Part shown: positions 37,757 through 46,177 of the stretch, piece by piece
How the letters are laid out: the number at the start of each line of letters is the position of its first letter
Position numbering within the stretch: position 1 is the stretch's first letter
Source of the DNA: Deltaproteobacteria bacterium
Lineage (GTDB): Bacteria; UBA10199; SPLOWO2-01-44-7
Reading direction: 5' to 3'
Length of the DNA: 64,000 nucleotides
Assembly: GCA_023265595.1 (NCBI GenBank)
Contig: JAHFSU010000007.1
Span: 1,440-65,439, forward strand
The notes under the pieces: generated by a model
What the model saw: the letters and a program-made list of their open reading frames with translations, nothing else
The model's database searches: none
What the model was told of the DNA's origin: nothing
Made by a program: the position numbers and the translations under genes

Positions 37757-38791
37757 ATGACATTGCTCACAGTTTTGTTATTGGGAATTATGGCTCAAAC
37801 CCCTCTCCAAAAAGCGACCTTCGCCGGTGGTTGTTTCTGGTGCCTTGAAGGACCTTTCGAGACGCACGAAGGGGTGGTCGATGTTGCGACCGGTTACACC
37901 GGCGGCGCCAAACCGAACCCGGCCTACGAAGAAGTCTCCACCGGAACAACAGGACATTATGAAGCGATTCAAATTACTTATGATCCTTCCAGGGTGACCT
38001 ATGCCGAATTGCTCGATATTTTCTGGCGTCAGATAGATCCGACCGATGCCGGCGGACAATTTGTCGACAGGGGTTCCCAATATCGAAGCGCCATTTTCTA
38101 TCACAATGCTGCACAGAAAAAGATGACGGAAGAATCGATCAAAGCATTGGCCCTTTCCGGACGTTATCGCAAACCGATTGTAACGGAACTCCTCCCCGTC
38201 CAACAATTTTACACCGCAGAAAATTACCACCAAGATTACTATCAGAAAAATCCGCTTCGCTATAAAATGTACCGCTCCCATTCGGGAAGAGACGACTATC
38301 TACAAAAAACTTGGGTTGAAGAAGGGGGACAATGCAAAGCAATATCCAAAGATAATTTGAAACAGTGTCTCTCTCCCCTGCAATATGAAGTAACACAGCA
38401 ATGCAGCACGGAGCCTCCTTTCAATAATGCCTATTGGAACAACAAACGGGAAGGAATTTATGTCGATCTGGTTTCCGGCGAACCGTTGTTTAGTTCCAAA
38501 GATAAATTCGATTCCGGAACCGGATGGCCGAGCTTTACCAAACCGCTCGATCCGAATAATATTATCGAACAAAATGATACCAGCGCGGGAATGAAACGTA
38601 TCGAAGTTAAAAGCAAAAAGGGACGCTCCCATCTGGGCCATCTCTTTGATGATGGCCCCAAACCAATCGGCCTGCGATATTGCATCAATTCGGCTTCCCT
38701 CCGTTTCATTCCGAAAGAAGACCTTGAAAAAGAGGGCTACGGAAAATATAAAAAACTTTTTGAGACCGGACAAAAATCAAAAGGGTTCTGA
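37757..38791 (+). CDS. msrAB: bifunctional peptide methionine sulfoxide reductase MsrA/MsrB
   Basis: GGCFWC (MsrA) followed by GTGWPSF...RYCINS (MsrB). Confidence 0.9.
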   Translation: MTLLTVLLLGIMAQTPLQKATFAGGCFWCLEGPFETHEGVVDVATGYTGGAKPNPAYEEVSTGTTGHYEAIQITYDPSRVTYAELLDIFWRQIDPTDAGGQFVDRGSQYRSAIFYHNAAQKKMTEESIKALALSGRYRKPIVTELLPVQQFYTAENYHQDYYQKNPLRYKMYRSHSGRDDYLQKTWVEEGGQCKAISKDNLKQCLSPLQYEVTQQCSTEPPFNNAYWNNKREGIYVDLVSGEPLFSSKDKFDSGTGWPSFTKPLDPNNIIEQNDTSAGMKRIEVKSKKGRSHLGHLFDDGPKPIGLRYCINSASLRFIPKEDLEKEGYGKYKKLFETGQKSKGF

Positions 38792-38801
38792 CACTTTCCA
38801 T

Positions 38802-39719
38802 TTAAGGCACCAGCGGTTTGCATGAGCCGGGCAAAATACCATCGGGCTCATCGCAAGCGACCTCTTCATCTTCACTCGTGCCTGAGAGATCGGCCTCAAG
38901 CCCGACATCGGTCTCCGCTCCTGTTGTTCCCCCTGTACTGTCTATGCCTGCGACCAGCTCGGATGGAGCAGAGACTACCGGTTGCGTAACCGGTTCGGTC
39001 GTAACATCGGCCTCTTTGACAATGTCTGATTGGGTTATATCCACGGCACTCCCAACCTCGGTTTCCGCTGAAGCCGTCTCTCCGGCTTTAATGTCGGCAT
39101 CGAGAATCTGCTTCTCTTCAAGTTGACCGCTCGTGTCTACAGCCACTTCCGTCTCGATTGTTCCCGATTCCAAATCTGTTTTGACATCGGCATCGATGAT
39201 CGGATCGGGGGGTACCGATTCTTGCGCTATTTCTTTGGGTTCGTCCGGAACCGTTTCATCGGTGGTTCCACTCCCGACGGTTCCGGTGTCTTTAGACTCA
39301 GTCGTATCCTGTACGGTATCCACGGGCGTAATCAATATTTCCTCTGCCAACATATCTTCTTTGAAAATCTGCTGATTTTCTTTTTCGCCGACCTTGTCTT
39401 GTATCGCATTTGATCGAATATCCGTTTTTTCCGTGGAAGGCCCTTCGGTAGGAATGGAAATATAATGAGGGATTTTTTTTCTTGCCGGCTTTACAGACGG
39501 TTTCGGTTTGTTATCGGAAGGGGTTGAAGAAGGGGAAGGGGGTTGTGGGACATCGTTTCTTTCAGGCGTTGGAATGCGGCTTCCTTCTTCCATCCCTCCC
39601 ACTTCCGTATCGACTTCGGTGTTGCGATTATCTTCCGCAAAAGCAGGAGAATAAAGCCCGAATAAAAGAAAGGCTGTTCCGAAAAAAATTATTTTTTTTA
39701 TCTGTTTCTGTGCAAACAT
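38802..39719 (-). CDS. secreted acidic low-complexity protein
   Basis: Signal peptide ...LYSPAFAEDN. D/E/T-rich body. C-terminal C..PDGILPGSC. Confidence 0.55.
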   Translation of the reverse strand: MFAQKQIKKIIFFGTAFLLFGLYSPAFAEDNRNTEVDTEVGGMEEGSRIPTPERNDVPQPPSPSSTPSDNKPKPSVKPARKKIPHYISIPTEGPSTEKTDIRSNAIQDKVGEKENQQIFKEDMLAEEILITPVDTVQDTTESKDTGTVGSGTTDETVPDEPKEIAQESVPPDPIIDADVKTDLESGTIETEVAVDTSGQLEEKQILDADIKAGETASAETEVGSAVDITQSDIVKEADVTTEPVTQPVVSAPSELVAGIDSTGGTTGAETDVGLEADLSGTSEDEEVACDEPDGILPGSCKPLVP

Positions 39720-39731
39720 AGTTTCGCCCAG

Positions 39732-41078
39732 TTAAAGTGAAAAAATTACCTTCACACCGGTAACCTGCCGGGTACGATTAAAGAAGGCGTTATCATTTTG
39801 TGAATCTATAAATCGGTAAAAAAGACGCGTTGCCAAATTCTGCCTCCAGTGATGCGTTATGTCCGTATAAATGTCCCAGCGTCTGTCCTCGCGTACGTTC
39901 GTATCCAGTGCAGATAAAGACTGAAAGTCGGGATAGACACCCCAATCCGCTCCGGCCGACAGATCAAAGTCGGTCTTCCGGAGCAGAACAAACGGCGTAT
40001 GCAATCCAATACGACCCAAGGCGCCTCTTCGGTTAAAATTGTCTCCTTGAGTTTGATTAAAATTCCCCTCGCCCTTTATAAAGAAAAAAGTTTTATAACT
40101 TGATGAATAAAAATATTGTGTCATGCCGAACCCACCGCGCACCCCCTGCGGAGAAGAGCGGTTGGGATTGGCCCCTTCTGATCCATAATTTAAAACGCCG
40201 AAGCGCCCGTAAAAATGTGTCTGCGTTTTCCGCCAAAAAGAAACGTCTGCACTTGCAAAAAGCCGGTTCACAACGGAAAAAAAACTATTATCAAGAAAGT
40301 TTATCCGAAAATCATAGCGGCCTGTCCAAAGAACGGAACGCTTTCCGATAAAGGTGCGCTGTTTGACATCAAAAGCCAACCCTTGAGAAATAAAATCCTC
40401 CTGCGTAGCCCCTTTGGTATAAAAATATTCTTCACCCACATAGATGATATCGGTCCGAAAATTCCGTTTTAGCCACAGGGGATAGCCGACATTGAGCTCA
40501 ATGGGAAAGAGGGCTGCGGCCACTTTATTTTGGGATCTCAAACCCACATTGTTCGGCACAAGCAAAGGGTTGCTGTCATAAGCGGCACCAACGACACCCA
40601 AAACGTACACCTTCTTTTTTATTTCGGCTTCTGCATGCATATTCTTGCGCAGGCGGCTCAATTGGGCCTGAGCCCAATGTCGGTATTTTTTGGAAGAGGC
40701 ATGTTGGGAAACAAGACGAAGCTGCCGGGCCCCTTTTTCATATTCGTTTTGTTTCGCATAAGCCAAACCGAGAAAAAGCCGTGCAGGGATGTCATTGGGA
40801 TGGGCGGCCAAAATTTCCTGATAAAGCCGAATGGCCTTTCGGGGCGCGTGCAGTTTCTCGAGTGTCAAAGCGCGATAGCGCAGGATCAGGGGATCCCTTG
40901 GGTGTTCTTTTAAAAGAAGATCTGATTCTTGAAGCGCCTTTTTGTATTCTTTCTTCCGGAAGGATTTTATAAAATGGCTGGACAAAAACTCTTTTGAACC
41001 AATCCCTGCCGCAGAGAGATTGGATACCCAAAAGATGCAAAACAATAAAAAAAGACTTGTCCCCCACCTCTTTCGCAA
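39732..41078 (-). CDS. TPR-domain + outer-membrane beta-barrel protein (Slam/DUF560- or YaiO-like architecture)
   Basis: Signal peptide, about 100-aa TPR region, then about 290 aa of amphipathic strands ending ...VTGVKVIFSL. Confidence 0.45.
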   Translation of the reverse strand: MRKRWGTSLFLLFCIFWVSNLSAAGIGSKEFLSSHFIKSFRKKEYKKALQESDLLLKEHPRDPLILRYRALTLEKLHAPRKAIRLYQEILAAHPNDIPARLFLGLAYAKQNEYEKGARQLRLVSQHASSKKYRHWAQAQLSRLRKNMHAEAEIKKKVYVLGVVGAAYDSNPLLVPNNVGLRSQNKVAAALFPIELNVGYPLWLKRNFRTDIIYVGEEYFYTKGATQEDFISQGLAFDVKQRTFIGKRSVLWTGRYDFRINFLDNSFFSVVNRLFASADVSFWRKTQTHFYGRFGVLNYGSEGANPNRSSPQGVRGGFGMTQYFYSSSYKTFFFIKGEGNFNQTQGDNFNRRGALGRIGLHTPFVLLRKTDFDLSAGADWGVYPDFQSLSALDTNVREDRRWDIYTDITHHWRQNLATRLFYRFIDSQNDNAFFNRTRQVTGVKVIFSL

Positions 41079-41201
41079 GAGCTCCCCCTCGCTTTTGCGA
41101 TGGGGAATACATGCCGATTCAAAGAGATGTCAAGAACTGATATGATTCTTGCCCTATTTTCTTTCCACAAGGGAGTTGCGGGTTTAGCACCTTGTTATTA
41201 C

Positions 41202-41251
41202 GGAGAGCACTAAATAGTTTACACGAAGTGAAACTATTTAGTTTGCTCTCC
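41202..41251. repeat. 50-nt near-perfect hairpin at the core/accessory boundary
   Basis: ggagagcactaaatagtttacac-gaa-gtgaaactatttagtttgctctcc. Confidence 0.7.
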
Positions 41252-41273
41252 GTTATGCAGAGCGGAGCAATTG

Positions 41274-41510
41274 TTAACTATTTTTTGCTCCGCGTAGTAT
41301 CTCCACCCGCTTTCTTTTTCCCCGAAGGCTTCCGGTAATTTTCACCGATGATTTGGGCACAGAAAAATAATGGGCGAGCGCCGCAACAACCGCTTCGTTC
41401 GCCTTTCCCTCAACCGGCGGCGCCTTGACCGAAACGCGGTAAGAGCCGTCCGGCATCGGCTCGACTTTTTCCTGCTTCGCATTCGGCTTGACTGTAATCG
41501 AGATCTTCAT
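41274..41510 (-). CDS. DUF167 (YggU-like) protein
   Basis: MKISITVKPNAK...VKAPPVEGKANEA. The ATG overlaps the upstream stop (ATGA). Confidence 0.75.
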   Translation of the reverse strand: MKISITVKPNAKQEKVEPMPDGSYRVSVKAPPVEGKANEAVVAALAHYFSVPKSSVKITGSLRGKRKRVEILRGAKNS

Positions 41511-42259
41511 GAAATCAGCGCTTCCTTTTGGGCCCGGCTCCAACCCTTGATCTCCGCCTCTCGTTTCAGGGCGCTTGATTTAGTTTGATATTTTTCTTGA
41601 TATAAAAGTTTTCCGAACCCGAACCCTCGGATAAATTTGGCTCCCTTACCGGTGCGATGTTGCTTCATTCTCCGATCCAGATCGGTGGTGTAGCCGGTGT
41701 AATATTTTCCGTTTTTGGATTGAAGGATATAGACATGGAATGACCTCTTTAGAGCTGCGTTCAGCTCTTGATGCCATCGGACCATTTTTTGAGCCTTGGT
41801 GAGAGAGGCATGCGCCGGACTTGTGGAAGGAAGCCTGACCAATCGCAATGGTTTTAAAAGATGCTTGAGCACCAACTTTCTGAAAAGTTCTTCGGCCTTG
41901 TGACCGTTAAAAAAGACCGTGTCGATTTGCGGGCATCGGAAAAAAAGCGAAGCAAAATCATTTGGAACAACCGATTGCATGGAGATGTTCGTATCCAGAC
42001 TCCCCCGGCGCCGGCATTGGAAAACAACGTCCCAAAGGGCTATGCGGTTTTGGCTTAAAATCCGGAGCTTTTTTTTGTAATTCATTTCTCGGCCGACGCC
42101 AAAGAGACCCTTCATAATATCCCAAAAAACATTTTGCGGGTGGGCGTAGTATTTTTGTTGCCGTAGCGATCGCTCGCCGGGCATCGAACCCAGAATCAGA
42201 ATCTTCGCAGCTGAAGAAGCCACACAGGGGAAACTCTGCAACAGGGTAGATCGATTCAT
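41507..42259 (-). CDS. fusion protein: DNA-deoxyinosine (hypoxanthine) glycosylase, UDG family 6-like + C-terminal GIY-YIG nuclease domain
   Basis: N-terminus has ILILGSMPGERSLRQQKYYAHPQNVFW and LPSTSPA. C-terminus has HVYILQSKNGKYYTGYTTDL..R..QH... Confidence 0.6.
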   Translation of the reverse strand: MNRSTLLQSFPCVASSAAKILILGSMPGERSLRQQKYYAHPQNVFWDIMKGLFGVGREMNYKKKLRILSQNRIALWDVVFQCRRRGSLDTNISMQSVVPNDFASLFFRCPQIDTVFFNGHKAEELFRKLVLKHLLKPLRLVRLPSTSPAHASLTKAQKMVRWHQELNAALKRSFHVYILQSKNGKYYTGYTTDLDRRMKQHRTGKGAKFIRGFGFGKLLYQEKYQTKSSALKREAEIKGWSRAQKEALIS

Positions 42260-42262
42260 TTT

Positions 42263-42335
42263 TTCTCCGCACCGTGGACGACGTTATAGGTACCGCTACC
42301 TGGTAGGAAAAGGTCTTTTTCTACCAGGTAGCAGG
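42263..42335. repeat. tRNA-3-prime-like motif copy m2 (42263-42290) fused to hairpin H1 (42293-42335)
   Basis: ttctccgcaccgtggacgacgttatagg + ccgctacctggtaggaaaaggtctttttctaccaggtagcagg. On the minus strand m2 carries the GGAG SD of the fusion gene. Confidence 0.8.
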
Positions 42336-42368
42336 TTTTCAGGGCAGACAATTATCGAACTTTTCTGA

Positions 42369-43079
42369 CTAGTCAAGAGGGGCATGAAGTACTGGCGATG
42401 GTGGAGCAGCTGATTTTAGGACATCGGCAAAGGCAAAGCCGTCCCGCTCCACTGTTTTGCCCACCTTGACAGGGATTCTTTTTTTGAAAATCGGTCCACC
42501 GTAGACAAAGGAGTGAAACTCCCCGTTTTCACCGCAGGGATCGATTCCGGTGGGAAGATCAGTCAGGAAAGTTCGATCAAATTTTCTTCCGGCAAATTTC
42601 TTGGGGAGTTTTTTCAGATCAACGCAGGTGAGGATCGCCTCAAACCGATCTTCCATCATCTTCTCGGCCAACTGTTTGGTATTTTTCATCCATAGCGGAA
42701 AAATACCGCTCATGCCGATTTCCGCAAGACGCTGCTCGCGGTATTTACGCAGGTCCTCTAAAAAGAGGTCACCGAAGATCACATGTTGGATTCCCTCGGC
42801 CTTCTGGAGTTTCAGATATTCCGCCATTTTCGCCTCGTAAATTTCATTGGGGCAGGGGCTAGGGATTTTTATTTTGTGTACCGGCAGACCCAGCGATTCT
42901 GCTTGAGCTTCCAGCAGCTCCTCCCGAACTCCATGCATGCTGACCCGTCGAAAACTCTCTGTCACCGTGGTTAGCAATGTCACCACCTCAAACCGGTTTT
43001 CGTTTAGGATGGTGAAGAGCGAATAGGCGCTGTCTTTGCCGCTACTCCAGGAAAGGATCGCTTTGATTTTTTCAGGCAT
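42369..43079 (-). CDS. PP-loop ATP pyrophosphatase, MJ0570/Dph6-like (Diphthami_syn_2-like)
   Basis: ILSWSSGKDSAY PP-loop and ...GENGEFHSFV C-terminal motif. Confidence 0.65.
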   Translation of the reverse strand: MPEKIKAILSWSSGKDSAYSLFTILNENRFEVVTLLTTVTESFRRVSMHGVREELLEAQAESLGLPVHKIKIPSPCPNEIYEAKMAEYLKLQKAEGIQHVIFGDLFLEDLRKYREQRLAEIGMSGIFPLWMKNTKQLAEKMMEDRFEAILTCVDLKKLPKKFAGRKFDRTFLTDLPTGIDPCGENGEFHSFVYGGPIFKKRIPVKVGKTVERDGFAFADVLKSAAPPSPVLHAPLD

Positions 43080-43132
43080 GGTTCCTCCATTGGACGCGCC
43101 TCGGGTCGGCTTCTCATCCCACTCGAGTGCAG

Positions 43133-43170
43133 AAACAAAAACGCCCCCAAAAGGTGGCGATTTTTGTTTT
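43133..43170 (-). terminator. intrinsic terminator (bidirectional shape)
   Basis: The minus strand reads aaaacaaaaatCGCCACCttttGGGGGCGtttttgttt. Confidence 0.5.
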
Positions 43171-43198
43171 GCTCCGCATAGTGGACGAGGTTAGAACC
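43170..43198. repeat. tRNA-3-prime-like motif copy m3
   Basis: tgctccgcatagtggacgaggttagaacc. Compare the tRNA-Asn plus-strand sequence tgctccgcgggcaggattcgaacc at 49062. Confidence 0.6.
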
Positions 43199-43279
43199 AG
43201 AATCCGGGAAGCGCAAGGGCCGATTTTTATCCCTCAACTGTCTGCTTGAGTACCGTGGGTCAAGGCCAATAATAGAGCG

Positions 43280-43322
43280 CCGCTACCTGGTAGGAAAAGA
43301 CCTTTTTCTGCCAGGTAGCAGG
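43280..43322. repeat. hairpin H2
   Basis: ccgctacctggtaggaaaagacctttttctgccaggtagcagg. Confidence 0.85.
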
Positions 43323-43336
43323 TTTAAAAAAACGGC

Positions 43337-44773
43337 TTACATCAGAAGGAAGTATTGAAGGGGGACACAAACGATGTTGTCTTTGTCAAAGTGTGCGAGC
43401 TTGCCATCACTAATAACAATTCCGTTTTTGCACTTTATCTTTTCCATTGTACTCTTGACCTGCGTGGTATCTTTTTTTCCTATTCCAATCTCGATGACGA
43501 TCTCTTTTTGATTGGCAATCTGCAAAACAAAATCGGCACTTCCTTGGGCGGCATCATAAGATAATGTGCCGGTACCGGAGCCGATAAATTCTCGATTGAA
43601 ATGTAGAGCCGCCGCATCTTCCATTAAACGGCCGACACGGGTATGAAAGGTTGCCTCCTTCCCGACAATCCCCAACAAGGCCATCCGGATTGCAGGAGAC
43701 ATAAAAAGATATTTGGAAGGTTTGTTTAATTTACTCTTTTGCGAACCATACGGCGGCACACGGATGAGCAACTCCGCCTGTTCCAAAACGGAAAGAACGC
43801 TCTGGATGGTAATCATGCTGTCGATCCCTACAATGTTGGGTAATTTGGAGACGCTCAAAACATCATTGGCATCCGCCAACAAAAATAGAAGCCGTTTGAT
43901 AGACTGAATGGTTTGCGAATCAAAAGATTTCAAACTCTCAATATCTTTGAGAATGATTTTATCCAGAAGTCCGTTAATCGACTCATATACCTGATTGACA
44001 TTGCTGAATTGCAGAGCAAAAGGAAGCGTCCCCGTCATCAGATATTGCTGTATCTCCAGCTTGCCCACACGACTCCAGTATTGACGCACCTCTTTTTCCA
44101 GTGATTTAAGATTTTTATAAATTTCTTGCGGGTCTTTTGAAAAATAAATCGCTTGTTTCAATTTGTATTTAAGTCCCTTGATCGGATAAATTCCATGCCG
44201 GAGCATTTGGTATTCGGGAAAACTCAACGGGTACAATTTCGTCATCACCACGCGGCGATAAATATCGGGGTTGGTCTGCAACGACACTGCCGACGAACCT
44301 GTACAGCAAATAAAAACCTTTTTGCTCCGGTCATAAAGTGATTTTAAGGCCAGACCCCATTTGGGATCATACTGAACTTCATCCACAAAAATGAAGATCG
44401 GTTTTTCTAATCTCTCAAAGCTCTGGCCCAGAATGGTTTCATAAGCCTCCAAAACTTCCATGAGGTTGGAATTGAGAAGTCCCGTCACCTCATCCAAAGA
44501 TACATAGAGAATGCGGAGAACGTCATATTTCGACATCAAATTCAAAAAGAGTTGGGAGAAGACAGTGGTCTTGCCGATGCCCCGCAAGCCCGGAACAACA
44601 AGCCACCGTTGCTCCGTCTGACCTGCAATAAAATCCTCCAAATGCTTTTCAAGCTTCCTGTAAATATGCCTTTGCGGATAGGCCTTGCCAGCAGGGTCGG
44701 TTACATGCCCCCTAAGTCGTGGCGGGGCCTGCGCAATCTGATTTTGAACGTAATTAAGGATCTGTTCTTTCAT
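43337..44773 (-). CDS. AAA-family ATPase with DUF4143-like C-terminal domain (COG1373-like)
   Basis: Walker A GLRGIGKTT and Walker B IFIFVDEVQ. 478 aa. Confidence 0.7.
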   Translation of the reverse strand: MKEQILNYVQNQIAQAPPRLRGHVTDPAGKAYPQRHIYRKLEKHLEDFIAGQTEQRWLVVPGLRGIGKTTVFSQLFLNLMSKYDVLRILYVSLDEVTGLLNSNLMEVLEAYETILGQSFERLEKPIFIFVDEVQYDPKWGLALKSLYDRSKKVFICCTGSSAVSLQTNPDIYRRVVMTKLYPLSFPEYQMLRHGIYPIKGLKYKLKQAIYFSKDPQEIYKNLKSLEKEVRQYWSRVGKLEIQQYLMTGTLPFALQFSNVNQVYESINGLLDKIILKDIESLKSFDSQTIQSIKRLLFLLADANDVLSVSKLPNIVGIDSMITIQSVLSVLEQAELLIRVPPYGSQKSKLNKPSKYLFMSPAIRMALLGIVGKEATFHTRVGRLMEDAAALHFNREFIGSGTGTLSYDAAQGSADFVLQIANQKEIVIEIGIGKKDTTQVKSTMEKIKCKNGIVISDGKLAHFDKDNIVCVPLQYFLLM

Positions 44774-44782
44774 ATATTCAAA

Positions 44783-44810
44783 TATACTATAACACTGATT
44801 TTATAGTATA
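44783..44810. promoter_or_regulatory. 10-bp perfect inverted repeat TATACTATAA-N8-TTATAGTATA just upstream of the ATPase ATG
   Basis: Lies 10-37 nt upstream of the start at 44773. Candidate operator. Confidence 0.3.
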
Positions 44811-44852
44811 ATCAAATATATAATGATGTGATACCTAAAAGGGGTCATAAAA

Positions 44853-44883
44853 GGGGTCAAGTATTCACTTTTCACTTTTAAAA
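44853..44883. repeat. left 31-bp inverted repeat bounding the NTase-pair module
   Basis: ggggtcaagtattcacttttcacttttaaaa matches the reverse complement of 46081-46111 at roughly 26 of 31 positions. Confidence 0.65.
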
Positions 44884-44955
44884 TTTTCGCGGGAAGGTCA
44901 ATACCGCTTTATCCCTCAGTTGGCGGCTTAATCGTAAAAAAAAGAAAACTCTATA

Positions 44956-44984
44956 TTGACATACATAGCCGCTAGGCATAGAGT
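44956..44984 (+). promoter_or_regulatory. sigma70-type promoter TTGACA-N17-TAGAGT
   Basis: Lies 10 nt upstream of the ATG at 44995. The track start at 44956 is the -35 hexamer itself. Confidence 0.5.
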
Positions 44985-44994
44985 TATATTCGTT

Positions 44995-45477
44995 ATGATT
45001 TCAAAAAGTATGCATATCTATTTGAAGACGATTGGCCGGAAAGGTGGAAAAGCGCGTGCTAGAAAATCGAGTTCCGCAGCACTTTCATCGCAAGCCCGAA
45101 ATGCCGTTATGTCTCGCTGGATGCGTCAACGCTTTGGTGCGGATAACTTTAAAGCGCTGGCGTTGCCAGGTTCAGAAATTGTTGATTCCGGCTTGCGCAA
45201 TTTCATCCATGGAGATTTTTCGAGTGTACAAGCATTGGCGGTGGCTGAACTTCGTCCGCGACTCCGTTTCTTGGGAGTCCCCGTGCCGGATGTATCCGAT
45301 CAAATTTCCAATCCTCGCACTCTGCTTTATCAGACGATGGAAGCGGAGCACGGTGATATGGGGTATGCACGTTTTTGCGCTCTGTTGGAACGCTTGGATA
45401 GTTTTTGTGATTCCTTAGCCTCGATCATTCCTCCGCCCCGGCATGCGACTCATCGTAATCGTAGGTGGTATACATGA
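44995..45477 (+). CDS. hypothetical protein, possible antitoxin partner of the NTase-fold protein
   Basis: Basic N-terminus GRKGGKARARK...RNAVMSRW. The stop overlaps the next ATG (ATGA). Confidence 0.45.
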   Translation: MISKSMHIYLKTIGRKGGKARARKSSSAALSSQARNAVMSRWMRQRFGADNFKALALPGSEIVDSGLRNFIHGDFSSVQALAVAELRPRLRFLGVPVPDVSDQISNPRTLLYQTMEAEHGDMGYARFCALLERLDSFCDSLASIIPPPRHATHRNRRWYT

Positions 45478-46007
45478 CACGGAAAACGATTACTAAAGCG
45501 GTCCTTCAATCGTTTATGAAATCTGTCGGGAGAATGATTAAAAAGAACGCCATGTTTTATTTAACAGGCGGAGCTACTGCCATTCTCTACGATTTTCGTG
45601 AGGGTACGATTGATATCGATATTGCAGGGGATATGGATGAATTATTTTCGTCCATTCCAAAACTCAAAGAGCGCTTACAGATTAATATTGAGATGGTAAA
45701 ACCGACCGATTTTATCCCCAGTCTTCCCGGCGAAAAGGATCGCCATATAACGATCGGCACGTTTGGCAAAGCGACGTTCATGCACTTTGATCCTTATGCC
45801 CAAGCCTTTTCGAAAATTGTCCGTGGGCACGAAACAGATATTGCTGATGCAAAGGCGCTGGCGACTACCGGACTTGTGGACACAAAAAAACTATGCGAGA
45901 TGGTAAAAAAACTGCCCGACCCCGATTTTGCAAGGTATCCTCGCCTCCATCGGCCTTCCGTTGAAGCCGCTGTGGAGAGTTTTGGTAAGGCGTTCATGGA
46001 GTCATAA
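45474..46007 (+). CDS. minimal nucleotidyltransferase-fold protein (DUF6036/AbiEii-like)
   Basis: LTGGATAILYDFREGTIDIDI fits the pol-beta NTase pattern hG[GS]-x9-13-DhD. AGGTGG SD. Confidence 0.5.
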   Translation: MTRKTITKAVLQSFMKSVGRMIKKNAMFYLTGGATAILYDFREGTIDIDIAGDMDELFSSIPKLKERLQINIEMVKPTDFIPSLPGEKDRHITIGTFGKATFMHFDPYAQAFSKIVRGHETDIADAKALATTGLVDTKKLCEMVKKLPDPDFARYPRLHRPSVEAAVESFGKAFMES

Positions 46008-46018
46008 AACAAATTTAA

Positions 46019-46046
46019 TGCTCCGCTACTTGGACGAATTTAGAGC
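46019..46046. repeat. tRNA-3-prime-like motif copy m4
   Basis: tgctccgctacttggacgaatttagagc. Confidence 0.6.
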
Positions 46047-46080
46047 TGCATGTGTGGAATTGTCAACGGTGGCTTAGATC

Positions 46081-46111
46081 TCTTTAAAAGTGAAAAGTAA
46101 AGATTTGACCA
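46081..46111. repeat. right 31-bp inverted repeat bounding the NTase-pair module
   Basis: ctttaaaagtgaaaagtaaagatttgaccac. Confidence 0.65.
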
Positions 46112-46128
46112 CTTTATAGAAATTTTAA

Positions 46129-46159
46129 GCAACTTTTTTCTTGTTTTGCCGATAACTAA
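46129..46159 (+). promoter_or_regulatory. ECF-sigma-like promoter motif GCAACTTTT-N7-TTTGCCGATAACTAA (copy 2)
   Basis: Same motif and same 18-nt distance to the ATG as at 5076-5106. Confidence 0.4.
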
Positions 46160-46177
46160 GAGAGTAAGGAGGTAAAT

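Noticed and set aside
43170-43198. Motif m3 as a tRNA pseudogene or tRNA 3-prime half
   Set aside because: I could not form a T-arm or an acceptor pairing around it. The similarity to tRNA-Asn is limited to the terminal octamer and a T-loop-like decamer. It is kept only as a possible att scar.
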